64,000 nucleotides of DNA from Sphingomonadaceae bacterium (GTDB lineage: Bacteria; Chloroflexota; UBA6077): NCBI GenBank assembly GCA_050261575.1, contig JBLNDL010000011.1, positions 65,345-129,344 on the forward strand. Direction: 5' to 3'. The notes under the pieces are model-generated. The model was not told the origin of the DNA. It searched no databases and saw nothing but the letters and a program-made list of their open reading frames with translations. Shown piece by piece: positions 20,524 to 30,185 of the stretch. Each line of letters starts with the position of its first letter. The stretch's first letter is position 1. Position numbers and translations under genes: made by a program.

Positions 20524-21763
20524 CTACCCTCAATTAGGGCAGCTCTCCGACAGCAGCGGTCACGGAGGTCTGTCTACCCGCGGTCGAGACCCCATCGCCA
20601 GGGCGTGGGCTATCCTGATCGGCGCTTTCGTCGTCTTCCTGGTCTTGGTTGCAGCGGTCTTCGTTGGAGCCAAGCGCTACTACGACACCGCGTCGCTCCC
20701 ACGCTCGGCAACGCTCTCACTGGAGCAGGGCATCGTCCTGTTCCGCGACGCGGTATCCTCCAACCTCATCAACGCCCACGACGGCTTGGAGCTGCGCGAG
20801 GGCGACGAGCTGCTGCTTGGGCAGGGCGCTCGGGCCTCCATCCTGCTGGCGCAAGAGGGCAGCATCAAGCTCTACGCCGGCTCTCAGTTGAAGATAACCG
20901 AGTTCCGGAGAAGTCGCTTCCACGATGGCTTCTCTCGCGTTGCGGTCAGCCTCGAAAAGGGCACCGCGCGTGTGGAAGTCGGCACCCCTCCCACCAAGGA
21001 GAACCGGTTTCAGGCCTCCACTCCCTTTGGCTACGCCTCGTTAGGTAGTGGCAGCTTCGGTTTGGACGTGTCGGAAGAAAGGGCCCGAATCTCATCCCGA
21101 GATGGGTCTGCCAACGTGGTGGCGGGATCCGGTCAGGCCCTGATCGTCGCAGGAGAGAAGGCCCTACTGACCAAGACGGGGTTGACAGGGCCGGCACCGG
21201 CGGGCGACCAGCTCGTGGTCAACGGCGACTTCGCCCAAGGCTTCCTTCAGTGGGAGAAGCTGGACCAACACGAACCCGGCCGGCCGGTGGAGCAGGGCCA
21301 GAGGATGCTGGCGACCGAGAGGGTGAACGGCCGGGACGTCGTGGCGCTGAGGGTCTCCAGAGTCAGCCCGCTGGGAACACACAACGAGACCGGCCTGGTC
21401 CAGACCATCAACAAGGATGTCTCGGACTACACGTCCCTGCGCCTCACGGCGGACGTGAGGGTGGACGACCAGAGTCTGTCTGGCGGCGGATACATGGGGT
21501 ACGAGTACCCTATCATGCTCCGCGTACGGTATCGAGACGACTCCGGGGCGCAGATCAACTGGTCGATCGGCTTCTTCTACAAGAACCTGGAGCAGCGGCC
21601 CACCCCCAACGGCCAGGAGGTTCAGCAGGGCCAGTGGTACTCCTGGGACGTAGATCTGATGTCTGCCCAGCCGAAACCGGCCCACATCATCTCTGTGGAG
21701 GTGCTAGGGGCAGGGCACACCTTCGCAGGCATGATCGCCAACGTGGGGATAGTGGGAAAGTAG
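20513..21763 (+). CDS. Single-TM FecR-domain protein with C-terminal carbohydrate-binding-like beta-sandwich
   Basis: TM helix, then a FecR-like LREGDEL..G....I.....I.L...S.L / V.LEKG / TPFG region, then LVVNGDF..G...W. Confidence 0.7.
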   Translation: MRTSYPQLGQLSDSSGHGGLSTRGRDPIARAWAILIGAFVVFLVLVAAVFVGAKRYYDTASLPRSATLSLEQGIVLFRDAVSSNLINAHDGLELREGDELLLGQGARASILLAQEGSIKLYAGSQLKITEFRRSRFHDGFSRVAVSLEKGTARVEVGTPPTKENRFQASTPFGYASLGSGSFGLDVSEERARISSRDGSANVVAGSGQALIVAGEKALLTKTGLTGPAPAGDQLVVNGDFAQGFLQWEKLDQHEPGRPVEQGQRMLATERVNGRDVVALRVSRVSPLGTHNETGLVQTINKDVSDYTSLRLTADVRVDDQSLSGGGYMGYEYPIMLRVRYRDDSGAQINWSIGFFYKNLEQRPTPNGQEVQQGQWYSWDVDLMSAQPKPAHIISVEVLGAGHTFAGMIANVGIVGK

Positions 21764-21797
21764 GGGCGGGTCCAACAGTCTAGGCTGTGACTGAGTT

Positions 21798-24011
21798 CTA
21801 GACCGCTCTCGCCTGGCTGCCACCGTCCCTGGTGACGCTGAATACGTCCTTTATCCCCTCGATCCTCGCCAAGACGCGAGCCAGCTTATCGATGCTGGTG
21901 ATCTCCAGGGTGGCGGTGAGGGTGGCCGTCCGATCCTTGTGCACCTGCACGCTGGCCGCGGTGATGTTCACCTTCTCGTCGGCCACCGCCGCGGCCACGT
22001 CCCGAACCATTCCCTCCCGATCCCATGCCTCCACCCGAATGGTGACAGGGAAGGTCTGCTGCTCCATCCGGCCCCACTCCACCTTCACCAGCCGCTCCGG
22101 CTCGTCCTCGTTCTGCACGCTGGCGCAGTCGGCCCGGTGCACCGTGACCCCCTTGCCCCTGGTGATGTATCCCACGATGGGGTCGCCGGGCACGGGATTG
22201 CAGCACCTGGCCAGCCTGGTGAGCAGATCGCCCACGCCCTGAACCTGGATGCCGCGGGTGAGCGTCTCGGGCGCCGCCGTGACCAGCCGCGGAAGCTCCT
22301 CCGCAGGCGGAGGGGTAAGCTTCTGCACCACCTGATGGGTGTTGACATCCCCGTAGCCGACGGCAGCAAGGAAGTCGTCCAGCTTCTCGTACTTGTAGGC
22401 GGCGGCGACCTCTTCCAGCTTCGTCTGGTCCAGCCCCAGCCGCTTCAGCTCCTTCTCCAGGATCTCTCGGCCACGAGCGATGTTCTCATCTCGTTGCTGC
22501 CGCTTGAACCACTGCCGGATCTTGTCCCGCGCGTGCGCGGTCTTGATGTAGTTCAGGTTCGGGTTCAGCCAGTCGCGGCTCGGTCCTCGCGACGTCTTGG
22601 AGGTGATGATCTCCACGATGTCGCCGTTTTTCAATTGGTAGTCCAGCGGCACCAAGCGGCCGTTTACTTTTGCCCCTATGCAACGATGCCCCACGTCGGT
22701 GTGGATTCGGTAGGCGAAATCCAGCGGAGTCGCCCCCGTGGGGAGATCCTTGATGTTCCCCTTGGGGGTGAAGACGTACACCTGGTCCTGGAAGATGTCG
22801 GTCCGCAACGAGTCCACGAACTCCTGGGCACCGATCATCATGTCCTGCTGCCACTCCATCAACTGTCGCAGCCAGGCCACTTTGGCGTCGAACCTGGCGT
22901 CCTGCTTGACACCTTCCTTGTACCGCCAGTGCGCCGCGACGCCGTACTCCGCCAGATGGTGCATCTCCCAGGTCCGGATCTGGATCTCCAGCGGCTTGGC
23001 ATCGGGCCCCAACACGGTGGTGTGGAGCGATTGGTACATGCTCTCCTTCGGGCTGGCGATGTAGTCGTCGAACTGCCCTGGCAGGGGATGCCACAGGGAA
23101 TGGACGATCCCAAGCACCGTGTAGCACTCCCGGACCTCGTCCACAATGATGCGCACGGCCTGCAGGTCGTAAATGTGGTTGATGTCGGTGCCTCGCCGCT
23201 CCATCTTTCGATAGATGCTGTAGATGTGCTTTGGCCGGCCCGAGATCTCCGCCTCGATGCCGGCCTTCTTCAACTCTTCTTCCAGGATGGAGACCACTCG
23301 GCTGATGTAGCGTTCCCGAACCACCCGCCTGCTCTTCAGCAGGGAGGCGATCTCCTTGTACTTGACCGCATCGATGTGGCGGAAGGCCAGATCCTCCAGT
23401 TGCCACTTCAGTTGCCAGATGCCCAGCCGGTTGGCCAGAGGAGCGTAGATCTCCAGAGTCTCCTGGGCGATCCGCTTGCGCTTCTCGGGAGGCAGGTAGC
23501 CCAGGGTCTTCATGTTGTGGAGCCGGTCCGCCAACTTGATCAGCACCACCCGGATGTCGTCGGCCATGGCCAGGAACATCTTGCGAACGTTCTCGGCCCA
23601 GTATGCCTGCTCCTCCTCTCGGCGCTTCTCCTTGCCAGAGCCGTCACCGCCCTGCTCCTTGGGAAGCCAGCGGACGCGACTCAGCTTCGTGACGCCGTCT
23701 ACCAGCTTGGCCACCTCTGGCCCGAACTCCTGCTCTAGAGTCGTCAGGGGCTGCCCGGTGTCCTCCGGGACGTCGTGCAACAACCCTGCGCAGATGCCTG
23801 CCGCATCGAGGCGCAGACCGGCCAGGGTGATGGCCGTGGCCAACGGATGCTGGATATAGGGATCGCCGGACATGCGCAACTGCCCTCGATGCGCTTCCTC
23901 AGCCACATGGAAGGCTTTGGCGATCAACTGGAGGTCCTCCGGCGGCAGATGCTTGCCGGCGATCTCAAGCAGGCTATCCAGGTTTGCGGTTGCCAACGTC
24001 GGTTCCATCAT
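21798..24011 (-). CDS. relA: Bifunctional (p)ppGpp synthetase/hydrolase Rel (RelA/SpoT)
   Basis: AH.GQ.R.SG.PY..HP, LLHDVPEDT, IKLADRLHNM, GRPKHIYSI, YQSLHT, EIQIRT, plus TGS, ARCCNPVPGD and ACT. Start ATG 24011 or 24008. Confidence 0.96.
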   Translation of the reverse strand: MMEPTLATANLDSLLEIAGKHLPPEDLQLIAKAFHVAEEAHRGQLRMSGDPYIQHPLATAITLAGLRLDAAGICAGLLHDVPEDTGQPLTTLEQEFGPEVAKLVDGVTKLSRVRWLPKEQGGDGSGKEKRREEEQAYWAENVRKMFLAMADDIRVVLIKLADRLHNMKTLGYLPPEKRKRIAQETLEIYAPLANRLGIWQLKWQLEDLAFRHIDAVKYKEIASLLKSRRVVRERYISRVVSILEEELKKAGIEAEISGRPKHIYSIYRKMERRGTDINHIYDLQAVRIIVDEVRECYTVLGIVHSLWHPLPGQFDDYIASPKESMYQSLHTTVLGPDAKPLEIQIRTWEMHHLAEYGVAAHWRYKEGVKQDARFDAKVAWLRQLMEWQQDMMIGAQEFVDSLRTDIFQDQVYVFTPKGNIKDLPTGATPLDFAYRIHTDVGHRCIGAKVNGRLVPLDYQLKNGDIVEIITSKTSRGPSRDWLNPNLNYIKTAHARDKIRQWFKRQQRDENIARGREILEKELKRLGLDQTKLEEVAAAYKYEKLDDFLAAVGYGDVNTHQVVQKLTPPPAEELPRLVTAAPETLTRGIQVQGVGDLLTRLARCCNPVPGDPIVGYITRGKGVTVHRADCASVQNEDEPERLVKVEWGRMEQQTFPVTIRVEAWDREGMVRDVAAAVADEKVNITAASVQVHKDRTATLTATLEITSIDKLARVLARIEGIKDVFSVTRDGGSQARAV

Positions 24012-24024
24012 CAAAGTGAGCCAA

Positions 24025-24053
24025 AGTATATTACAGGGGCAGGGCTGCGGCAA
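24025..24053 (-). promoter_or_regulatory. sigma70 promoter of rel
   Basis: Minus strand TTGCCG-17 nt-TATACT, very close to the start codon. Confidence 0.6.
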
Positions 24054-24087
24054 TCGCGCCGCCGTGGCAAGCCCAGTCATCCCGGAT

Positions 24088-24124
24088 AACAGAAGAGGCC
24101 GGATTGTCGAAATCCGGCCTCTTC
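24088..24124 (-). terminator. Terminator downstream of tRNA-Arg
   Basis: 14-bp stem GAAGAGGCCGGATT/AATCCGGCCTCTTC followed by TGTT. Confidence 0.7.
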
Positions 24125-24129
24125 CACGG

Positions 24130-24201
24130 TACCCCGTGGCCGACTCGAACGGCCGCACCTGGCTCCGGAGGCCAGCGCTCTATCCACTGAGCTAACGGGG
24201 C
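24130..24201 (-). tRNA. tRNA-Arg(CCG)
   Basis: Cloverleaf: GCCCCGT acceptor stem, D arm GCTCAGTGGATAGAGC, anticodon arm CTGGC-CTCCGGA-GCCAG, T loop TTCGAGT. 3' end is followed by CCG rather than CCA. A TGCTATAAT element lies at 24213-24221. Confidence 0.96.
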
Positions 24202-24251
24202 TCACGATTGAGATTATAGCACATTCGCAGGGCGGCCAAAAGGGGTTCGGG

Positions 24252-24530
24252 CTACTCGCAGGGCTGTTCTTCCAGGACCTTCAGGTCGTTGACGATCTCG
24301 GTCACCCCCCGAACCCCCTCGGCAATCTGCGCAGCGATGACCTTCTCCCTATCTGTCCTCACGTAACCCGAAAGCGCCACAACGCCGTTGCACACTCCAA
24401 CCCGAATGGTGCTGGCCTGCAGCCTTCCGTCCCACACCAGGGCGTCCTTGATCTCCGTCTCGATCTCCTCGTCGCGCGGAACACCTGCGACCAGGTCCCG
24501 ATCCAGCTCGCTTCCCTCTTGATGTCCCAT
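24252..24530 (-). CDS. BON domain protein
   Basis: DEEI...IKDAL..D..L....I.V.V.NGVV.LSG.V.....A..IA..VRGV..I.NDL.V. Confidence 0.9.
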   Translation of the reverse strand: MGHQEGSELDRDLVAGVPRDEEIETEIKDALVWDGRLQASTIRVGVCNGVVALSGYVRTDREKVIAAQIAEGVRGVTEIVNDLKVLEEQPCE

Positions 24531-24758
24531 CGCCGTCTCCCTTCAGCGGCTTTCGACCGTCGCTGAGCCCAGGTCCCGATCCCACCCCAGCATCCGGCCT
24601 CGGCGACGACCCGATCGAGTCGGCGCCGAACACAGCAAGCAGGGTGCCCAGGCCAGGGCCGACCGACGCGTCGGCGACAGGCTCGTGCCGAGAGCGGCGG
24701 GCCCGAGGTGTGCCGCTGGTGTATAATGCTAGATGTGCTCACATGGAGGAATCGGGCC

Positions 24759-24947
24759 ATGCGCAACACAGTGGAACTCCAGGACGAAGACGTAGAGCTG
24801 GTCGTGGCGGCGCTTCTATCCATGTCTTGCCTCTTGTGCCCCCTGCATCCAACAAACGACTGCGGCGGCGATCCCCGATGCAGAAGGCTGGCGGAGCGGG
24901 TCGTCGGTGGCGAACTGTCTGAGGTGTACGGCCTGGGCGGGGAATAA
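24759..24947 (+). CDS. Small Cys-rich hypothetical protein (62 aa)
   Basis: TATAAT at 24722, GGAGGA RBS, C-x2-C-x7-C-x5-C motif. Confidence 0.55.
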   Translation: MRNTVELQDEDVELVVAALLSMSCLLCPLHPTNDCGGDPRCRRLAERVVGGELSEVYGLGGE

Positions 24948-24957
24948 TGGGATCTGC

Positions 24958-25569
24958 TCAGCTCGTTTGGCCGGTCTCCTCTGGCGGCTGCAGTTCGCGC
25001 CTCGCGTACAGGATTCGCTGAAGGGCGGTGTAATTGGTGAGGACCGCCAGCAGCCACAACACCGGCGCCAGCAGGTAGTGGTGGAAGATGAGTCCGACCG
25101 CCAGCAGCACGATCCTCTCCGGCCGCGGAAGCCACCCCACCTCCCCGTGGACTCCCAGCCCCTCGGCCCGAGCCCGAGCGTAGCTCACCATGAGGGAGCC
25201 GATGATGGCCAGATATGCAGCGAGCAGCGTGGACCCATCGCCCAGCGAGAAGAGCCAGGCCATCACCCCCAGGTAGGTGACCGCCTCCGCGTATCGATCT
25301 AGGGTGGAGTCGAAGAAGGCGCCAAAGCGGCTCCCCTGGCCGCTGATCCGCGCCACGGCGCCGTCCAGCATGTCGAAGGCGTTGGCGAACAGCACCAGAA
25401 CGCCCCCCAGGATGGGATTGCCCGAGATCAACACCAGGGCAACGACGCCGTTCAGCAGCAGTCCGATGACGGTGAGGGCGTTGGGCGTAAACCCGAGACG
25501 GACGAGAAGGCGGGCAGGATACTCTGCCGCCCGACGGGCGTAGGGGCGCAGCTTTTCGAACACAGTCAC
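24958..25569 (-). CDS. pgsA: Phosphatidylinositol phosphate synthase (CDP-alcohol phosphatidyltransferase)
   Basis: TPNALT, DMLDGAVAR..G..FDSTLDR, SYARARAE and RPER motifs; operon context with ino1. Confidence 0.88.
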   Translation of the reverse strand: MTVFEKLRPYARRAAEYPARLLVRLGFTPNALTVIGLLLNGVVALVLISGNPILGGVLVLFANAFDMLDGAVARISGQGSRFGAFFDSTLDRYAEAVTYLGVMAWLFSLGDGSTLLAAYLAIIGSLMVSYARARAEGLGVHGEVGWLPRPERIVLLAVGLIFHHYLLAPVLWLLAVLTNYTALQRILYARRELQPPEETGQTS

Positions 25570-26753
25570 CTACTGAGAAATTGGGAGAGACTGGAGGCAG
25601 CCCGCCGCCAGCGGCTCCGCTGTGGTGCCTTGGCCAAGGATCGGGCGAGACTGGCCTTCTCGTAGAAGGCCAACACGCGCCCAGCCACCTTGTCCCAGGA
25701 GAACTCCTCGGCCCTCTTCAGGCCGGCCTGACCCATCCTGGCCCGCAATTCGCCATCGGAGAGCAATCGCACAAGCGACAGGGCCAGGGCCTGCTCGTCC
25801 TTGGGGGGTACTAAGAGTCCCTCGACGCCATGGTTCACGACGAATCGATAGCCCGGGATGTCGCTGGCCACCAGAGGCTTACCCGAAGCCATCGCCTCGA
25901 GGAGAACGATGCCGAAGCTCTCCTGTCCCGTGGAGGGCGCGCAGAACACGTCGCACGACCGATAGTACCTCGGCAGATCCTCGCTGGAGACGAAACCGGT
26001 GAACACAACGTTCTGCAGTCTGTGGGACTCCACCAAGTGCTTGTAGTCCTCCAGCAAAGGCCCCGAACCAACGACGATCAGCCTCGCTTCCGGAAAGTGC
26101 GACCACACGCCGCTCATCGCGCGAAGCAGATACTTCAACCCCTTGCGCTTCTCCAGCCGCCCCACGAACAGGATGTTGGGACCGCCCTCACGGAAGGCCG
26201 GGAGCGGTTCCGCCGGGACGGCGAACTTGTCGAAGTCGATACCGTTGGGGATGATCTCGTACTCCCCGGGGAAGTAATCGGCCACGAAATCCCGCGCCGG
26301 GGGAGAGACTGCGATCCTGCCGTGCAGCCGCCTGACGAAGTAGCGCAGGATGGGCTTGCCGTAGAAGTATGCGTAGTTGGACTGGGCGAAAGCGTGAAAG
26401 GTACCGACGTTCACCGAGTGGGAGTGCCGCAGCACGGTGATTGGAAGCGCAGGGAGAAGCGGCTCGTGAAGGTGAATCACGTCGAACTGCTCCGCCTCCA
26501 GGATCTCTTTCACTTGGCGGGAGAGCCGCAGCGAGAGCGATATCCGCGCGACCGAACCGTTGGCTGGCACCGGCACCACGCTTCCGACCGGATGGACGAT
26601 CTCCCCGACCTGGGCGCGCATCGGCTCGGACTGTGGGGCAATGATGTGAACCTCGTGCCCCCGCGCCCGAAACTCCGCCGCAAGGTGCACGATGTGCTCG
26701 GTGACACCCCCGGGATAGGGGTAGTCGTACGGAGAAACCAGGGCAATCTTCAA
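25566..26753 (-). CDS. pimA: GT4 phosphatidyl-myo-inositol alpha-mannosyltransferase PimA-like
   Basis: SPYDYPYPGGV..H, VPVPANGSVARI, HLHEP, GTFH, ESFGIVLLEAMA. Confidence 0.82.
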   Translation of the reverse strand: MKIALVSPYDYPYPGGVTEHIVHLAAEFRARGHEVHIIAPQSEPMRAQVGEIVHPVGSVVPVPANGSVARISLSLRLSRQVKEILEAEQFDVIHLHEPLLPALPITVLRHSHSVNVGTFHAFAQSNYAYFYGKPILRYFVRRLHGRIAVSPPARDFVADYFPGEYEIIPNGIDFDKFAVPAEPLPAFREGGPNILFVGRLEKRKGLKYLLRAMSGVWSHFPEARLIVVGSGPLLEDYKHLVESHRLQNVVFTGFVSSEDLPRYYRSCDVFCAPSTGQESFGIVLLEAMASGKPLVASDIPGYRFVVNHGVEGLLVPPKDEQALALSLVRLLSDGELRARMGQAGLKRAEEFSWDKVAGRVLAFYEKASLARSLAKAPQRSRWRRAASSLSQFLSR

Positions 26754-27637
26754 CGGGCCGCCCCCTGACGAGCCTCGGCCTCCTCAGGCCAAATGGGCTC
26801 AAACACGATCCACTGCTCTGGGCTCACCTTGATGGCCTGCTCCAGCAACTCTGCCACCCTCTGAATGCCTCTCCGGAGATCCTCCTGCACCGTTCCAGTT
26901 CGCGACAGGACTAGCGGCTCTCCGATGTGGGCGGAGAAGCGGCCGTCGCCCAGCCTACGCGTGAAGGCCGGCAACAGGGCAGCGCCGGTCCTGAGCGCCA
27001 AGACCACGGGTCCGGCAGGCAAGGTGGTCTCCACGCCGAACAACCGAACCGGCAGGCCGTTCTTCTGTACGTCGCGGTCGCCCACCACACCGACGACCTC
27101 GTTGCGGCTGAGGACATCCATCAGTTCACGTGTCACGTTTGGCCCGACCGGAACCAGCCGGATCCCCCGGCTGCCTCGCACCTGGATCATCAGATCCAGC
27201 AGCCCGCGGTTCCGCAACGATTCCGCCACGGTCGTCACCCTGCACTTCCTGACGGCGAGAATCTGCGCCACCAGCGACGGGCTACCGTAGTGCGCGGTGA
27301 TAATGATCGCCCCTCGGCCCCTCGCCAACGCTCCTTCCAGGTTCTCCCATCCCTGCATGTCGATCTGACGTTCGAGTTCCTGGTCAGATAGCGCCGGCGC
27401 CCTGAAGGTGTCGTAGTAGTATTTTACCCCTTCACGGAAGACCTCTCGCATCCGCCGTCCGAGGTCCGGAGCCTCGCTTCCCAGCACCACAGAGAGGTTC
27501 CGACGAACGGCGCGCCTTCTCCTCGGCAACAGCAAGTAGGCGAGATCGCCGATGGGATTGCACAGCCGGTAAGCCACCCCGGGAGGGATCCTCAAGGCCA
27601 GCAGGCTGAGCAGACGGAACACTAGGTATTCTAGCAC
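26750..27637 (-). CDS. Lysophospholipid/PIM acyltransferase (PatA/HtrB-like), divergent paralog
   Basis: RR.AVRRNL..V, G.ENL..AL..GRG.I...AHYG, GDRD, LP.GP..LALRTGA, PEQW..F..IW. Confidence 0.82.
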   Translation of the reverse strand: MLEYLVFRLLSLLALRIPPGVAYRLCNPIGDLAYLLLPRRRRAVRRNLSVVLGSEAPDLGRRMREVFREGVKYYYDTFRAPALSDQELERQIDMQGWENLEGALARGRGAIIITAHYGSPSLVAQILAVRKCRVTTVAESLRNRGLLDLMIQVRGSRGIRLVPVGPNVTRELMDVLSRNEVVGVVGDRDVQKNGLPVRLFGVETTLPAGPVVLALRTGAALLPAFTRRLGDGRFSAHIGEPLVLSRTGTVQEDLRRGIQRVAELLEQAIKVSPEQWIVFEPIWPEEAEARQGAAR

Positions 27638-27707
27638 GCTCGAAGATCCCCGGAGGATGAGATGTCTCGAGGCCGGCGTTGCGGGGCGTGGGGAGTCGGG
27701 TGGGCTC

Positions 27708-28586
27708 TCAGAGCGCCTCGAGGGTCACGTCCTTCGGCCACATCGGCCGGAAGATGAACCACTGCTCCGGATACTGCCGGATGAAGCCCTCCAGCGTATC
27801 CATTATCTTCTGGGTAAGCACCCTCACGTCCACCGACAGATCCCCAGTCTGATCGACCTCGAACTGGGAGGTGACGAAACCGGAATAGGTGTGATCCGGG
27901 TTCCTGACTATCACGCCCGAGATCAGCCTGGCACCGGTCTTCAGGGCCAGGAGCGCTGCGCCTGCCGGTACCTGTGTCACCTCACCGAAGAAGCGCACCA
28001 GGACTCCGGATTCCGGAGACGGCCGATCGATCAGCAGCCCCAGGATCTCGTTCTTCCGGAGCGCCCCCAGCACCCGTCGGGCCGACGCCTCCAAAGGGAT
28101 GACTTTCATTCCGTGCTGCGACCGGGTGCCCTGCACCAGATCGTTCAACTTCTTCGGGCGGAACGACTCGGCCACTACGCTCACGGGGTAGCCCTTCCTG
28201 GCGAAGAGAGCCGCCCCCAGGTCCCAGTTGCCGACGTGCGCGCTGATGAAGATCACACCCTTGCCGGCCGCCAGGGCGTTATCCAGATGCTCCCAGCCGT
28301 TGAACTGGAACCTAGACTCCAGCTCCTCGACGCCCAGTTTGGGCAGGCGGAAGAAGTCGACCATATAGAGAGCGTAGTTCCTGAAGGACGCCTTGGCCTT
28401 GCGCCGAACCTCCGAACGATCCCGACTCAGCCCCAGCACCCGCGCCATGTTATCGATGGCGTTCTCCCGTTGTACGGGCATCGTCGCCCAAGCGACGTCG
28501 GAAAGCAGCACCGCCGCTGCGTAGCAGACACGCAGCGGCAGCAACTGGGCGATCTTCCGCACAATCCGGAGGATCCAGTAGGTCAT
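27708..28586 (-). CDS. Lysophospholipid/PIM acyltransferase (PatA/HtrB-like)
   Basis: [36 protein letters not shown]. Confidence 0.85.
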   Translation of the reverse strand: MTYWILRIVRKIAQLLPLRVCYAAAVLLSDVAWATMPVQRENAIDNMARVLGLSRDRSEVRRKAKASFRNYALYMVDFFRLPKLGVEELESRFQFNGWEHLDNALAAGKGVIFISAHVGNWDLGAALFARKGYPVSVVAESFRPKKLNDLVQGTRSQHGMKVIPLEASARRVLGALRKNEILGLLIDRPSPESGVLVRFFGEVTQVPAGAALLALKTGARLISGVIVRNPDHTYSGFVTSQFEVDQTGDLSVDVRVLTQKIMDTLEGFIRQYPEQWFIFRPMWPKDVTLEAL

Positions 28587-29674
28587 TCATCCCCTCGAGG
28601 CGGCTGCGCGTTGCGGATGAACTCCTCCACCATTTCGCGGGCCTTCTCGTCCGAGTATTGCACCGGCGGCGACTTCATGAAGTAGGCGGACGGGCCGAGC
28701 AGCGCCCCAGAGATGCCCCGGTCCATCGCGATCTTGGCACACCGGATGGCATCGATGCCCACACCGGCGGAGTTGGGCGAGTCCCACACCTCCAGCTTGT
28801 ACTCGAGGTTGAGCGGCACGTCGCCGAAGGCGCGCCCCTCCAACCGGACGTAGGCCCACTTCCGATCGGTCAGCCAGGCGATGTAGTCGCTCGGGCCGAT
28901 GTGCACGTTGTCCTCGCCGATGTCGTAATCCAACTGCGAAGTCACAGAGTTCGTCTTGGAGATCTTCTTCGACTCCAGGCGGGCCCGCTCCAGCATGTTG
29001 TAGAAGTCGGTATTGCCGCCGACGTTCAACTGGCTCGTGCGCTCCAGCCTCACCCCTCGATCCCTGAACAGCTTCGTCAGCACGCGATGGGTGATGGTGG
29101 CGCCGACCTGGGACTTGATATCGTCTCCGACGACGGGCAGGCCCCGGTCCTCGAATCTCTTCTGCCAGTACGCCTCGCGCCCGATGAACACCGGTATGCA
29201 GTTGACGAATCCGCAGCCGGCCGTCAGGATCTGCTCCACGTACCACTTGGTGGCGTTCTCGCTACCGACCGGCAGGTAGTTGACGACCACGTCGGTCTTG
29301 GTGTCCTTCAGGATGGTCACGATATCGGACGTAGGGCCCGGCGCCTTCGTGATCACCTTGGAGAGGTAGTGCCCCAGCCCGTCCAGGGTCATGCCTCGCT
29401 CGACCTTCACCCCCAGCTTCGGCACATCGCAGAAGCGGTAGGTGTTGTTGGGAGCCGCGTAGATGGCCTCCCCCAGATCTTTGCCCACCTTGTTCACGTC
29501 GATGTCGAAGGCCGCGGTGAACTCGATGTCCCCGACGTGATACTCGCCCAGGCGAGGGTGCATGAGTCCGGGAATGAACTGGTCCTCGGCAGCGTTGCGG
29601 TAGTAGTGGACCCCCTGAACCAGCGCCGATGCGCAGTTGCCCACGCCGATAATGGCGACCCTAATGGTTCCCAA
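28583..29674 (-). CDS. ino1: Myo-inositol-1-phosphate synthase
   Basis: [54 protein letters not shown]. Confidence 0.96.
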   Translation of the reverse strand: MGTIRVAIIGVGNCASALVQGVHYYRNAAEDQFIPGLMHPRLGEYHVGDIEFTAAFDIDVNKVGKDLGEAIYAAPNNTYRFCDVPKLGVKVERGMTLDGLGHYLSKVITKAPGPTSDIVTILKDTKTDVVVNYLPVGSENATKWYVEQILTAGCGFVNCIPVFIGREAYWQKRFEDRGLPVVGDDIKSQVGATITHRVLTKLFRDRGVRLERTSQLNVGGNTDFYNMLERARLESKKISKTNSVTSQLDYDIGEDNVHIGPSDYIAWLTDRKWAYVRLEGRAFGDVPLNLEYKLEVWDSPNSAGVGIDAIRCAKIAMDRGISGALLGPSAYFMKSPPVQYSDEKAREMVEEFIRNAQPPRGDE

Positions 29675-29935
29675 CTTGTCGACTCTCCTTTTCCTATGTG
29701 ACCCAGCAGACCGGGACTATGTTGGATGCCGCGCAGCCCGGTAGATCTGCAGGAGATTGTGGCGAAGGTCAGCGAGAGCCGGCGTCTAGACAGGGACAGC
29801 GCCCAGCCCTCACTATCTGATCCAGCGGAGAGGTCCGTTTGCCTCTGGAGAGCGGATGCGGGGCAGATGCCCACGACGATCCCGAAGCTGCAAGCTGAAC
29901 GCCCTCGGCTGCATTTCTGCCAGCCCTGGCTGATT

Positions 29936-29964
29936 AGAGTAGCGCAACCCCCAGGGGCTGTCAA
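29936..29964 (-). promoter_or_regulatory. sigma70 promoter of the ino1-pgsA operon
   Basis: Minus strand TTGACA-17 nt-TACTCT, giving a leader of about 255 nt. Confidence 0.6.
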
Positions 29965-30185
29965 CTCCGCTTCTTCATCATCAACCCCATCCTGCGATTC
30001 GCACCCCACGGCGCCGGACGCACCTGGGCTCATCGCGCTGCGATCCGCAAACCGATCTGGAGCGCCGGCAGTTGCACCATCCAAGCACACGTGACCTCCT
30101 GGAACGGGATCGCGGTGAGCCCCAGGCTAGACGGAAGGATCCCTGAGTGGCAGCACCATCGCCCGGCGGCTATAATATCAGTGTG

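Noticed and set aside
21939..23738. Long antisense and alternative-frame ORFs (also 1905-3449, 11953-13569, 37337-38716, 42262-43695, 51895-53514, 55918-57309)
   Set aside because: Shadow ORFs expected from high-GC codon bias over well-supported genes; no motifs.
24088..24201. tRNA-Arg as an island integration site
   Set aside because: The 3' side leads straight to a terminator and rel; no duplicated tRNA 3' end was seen.
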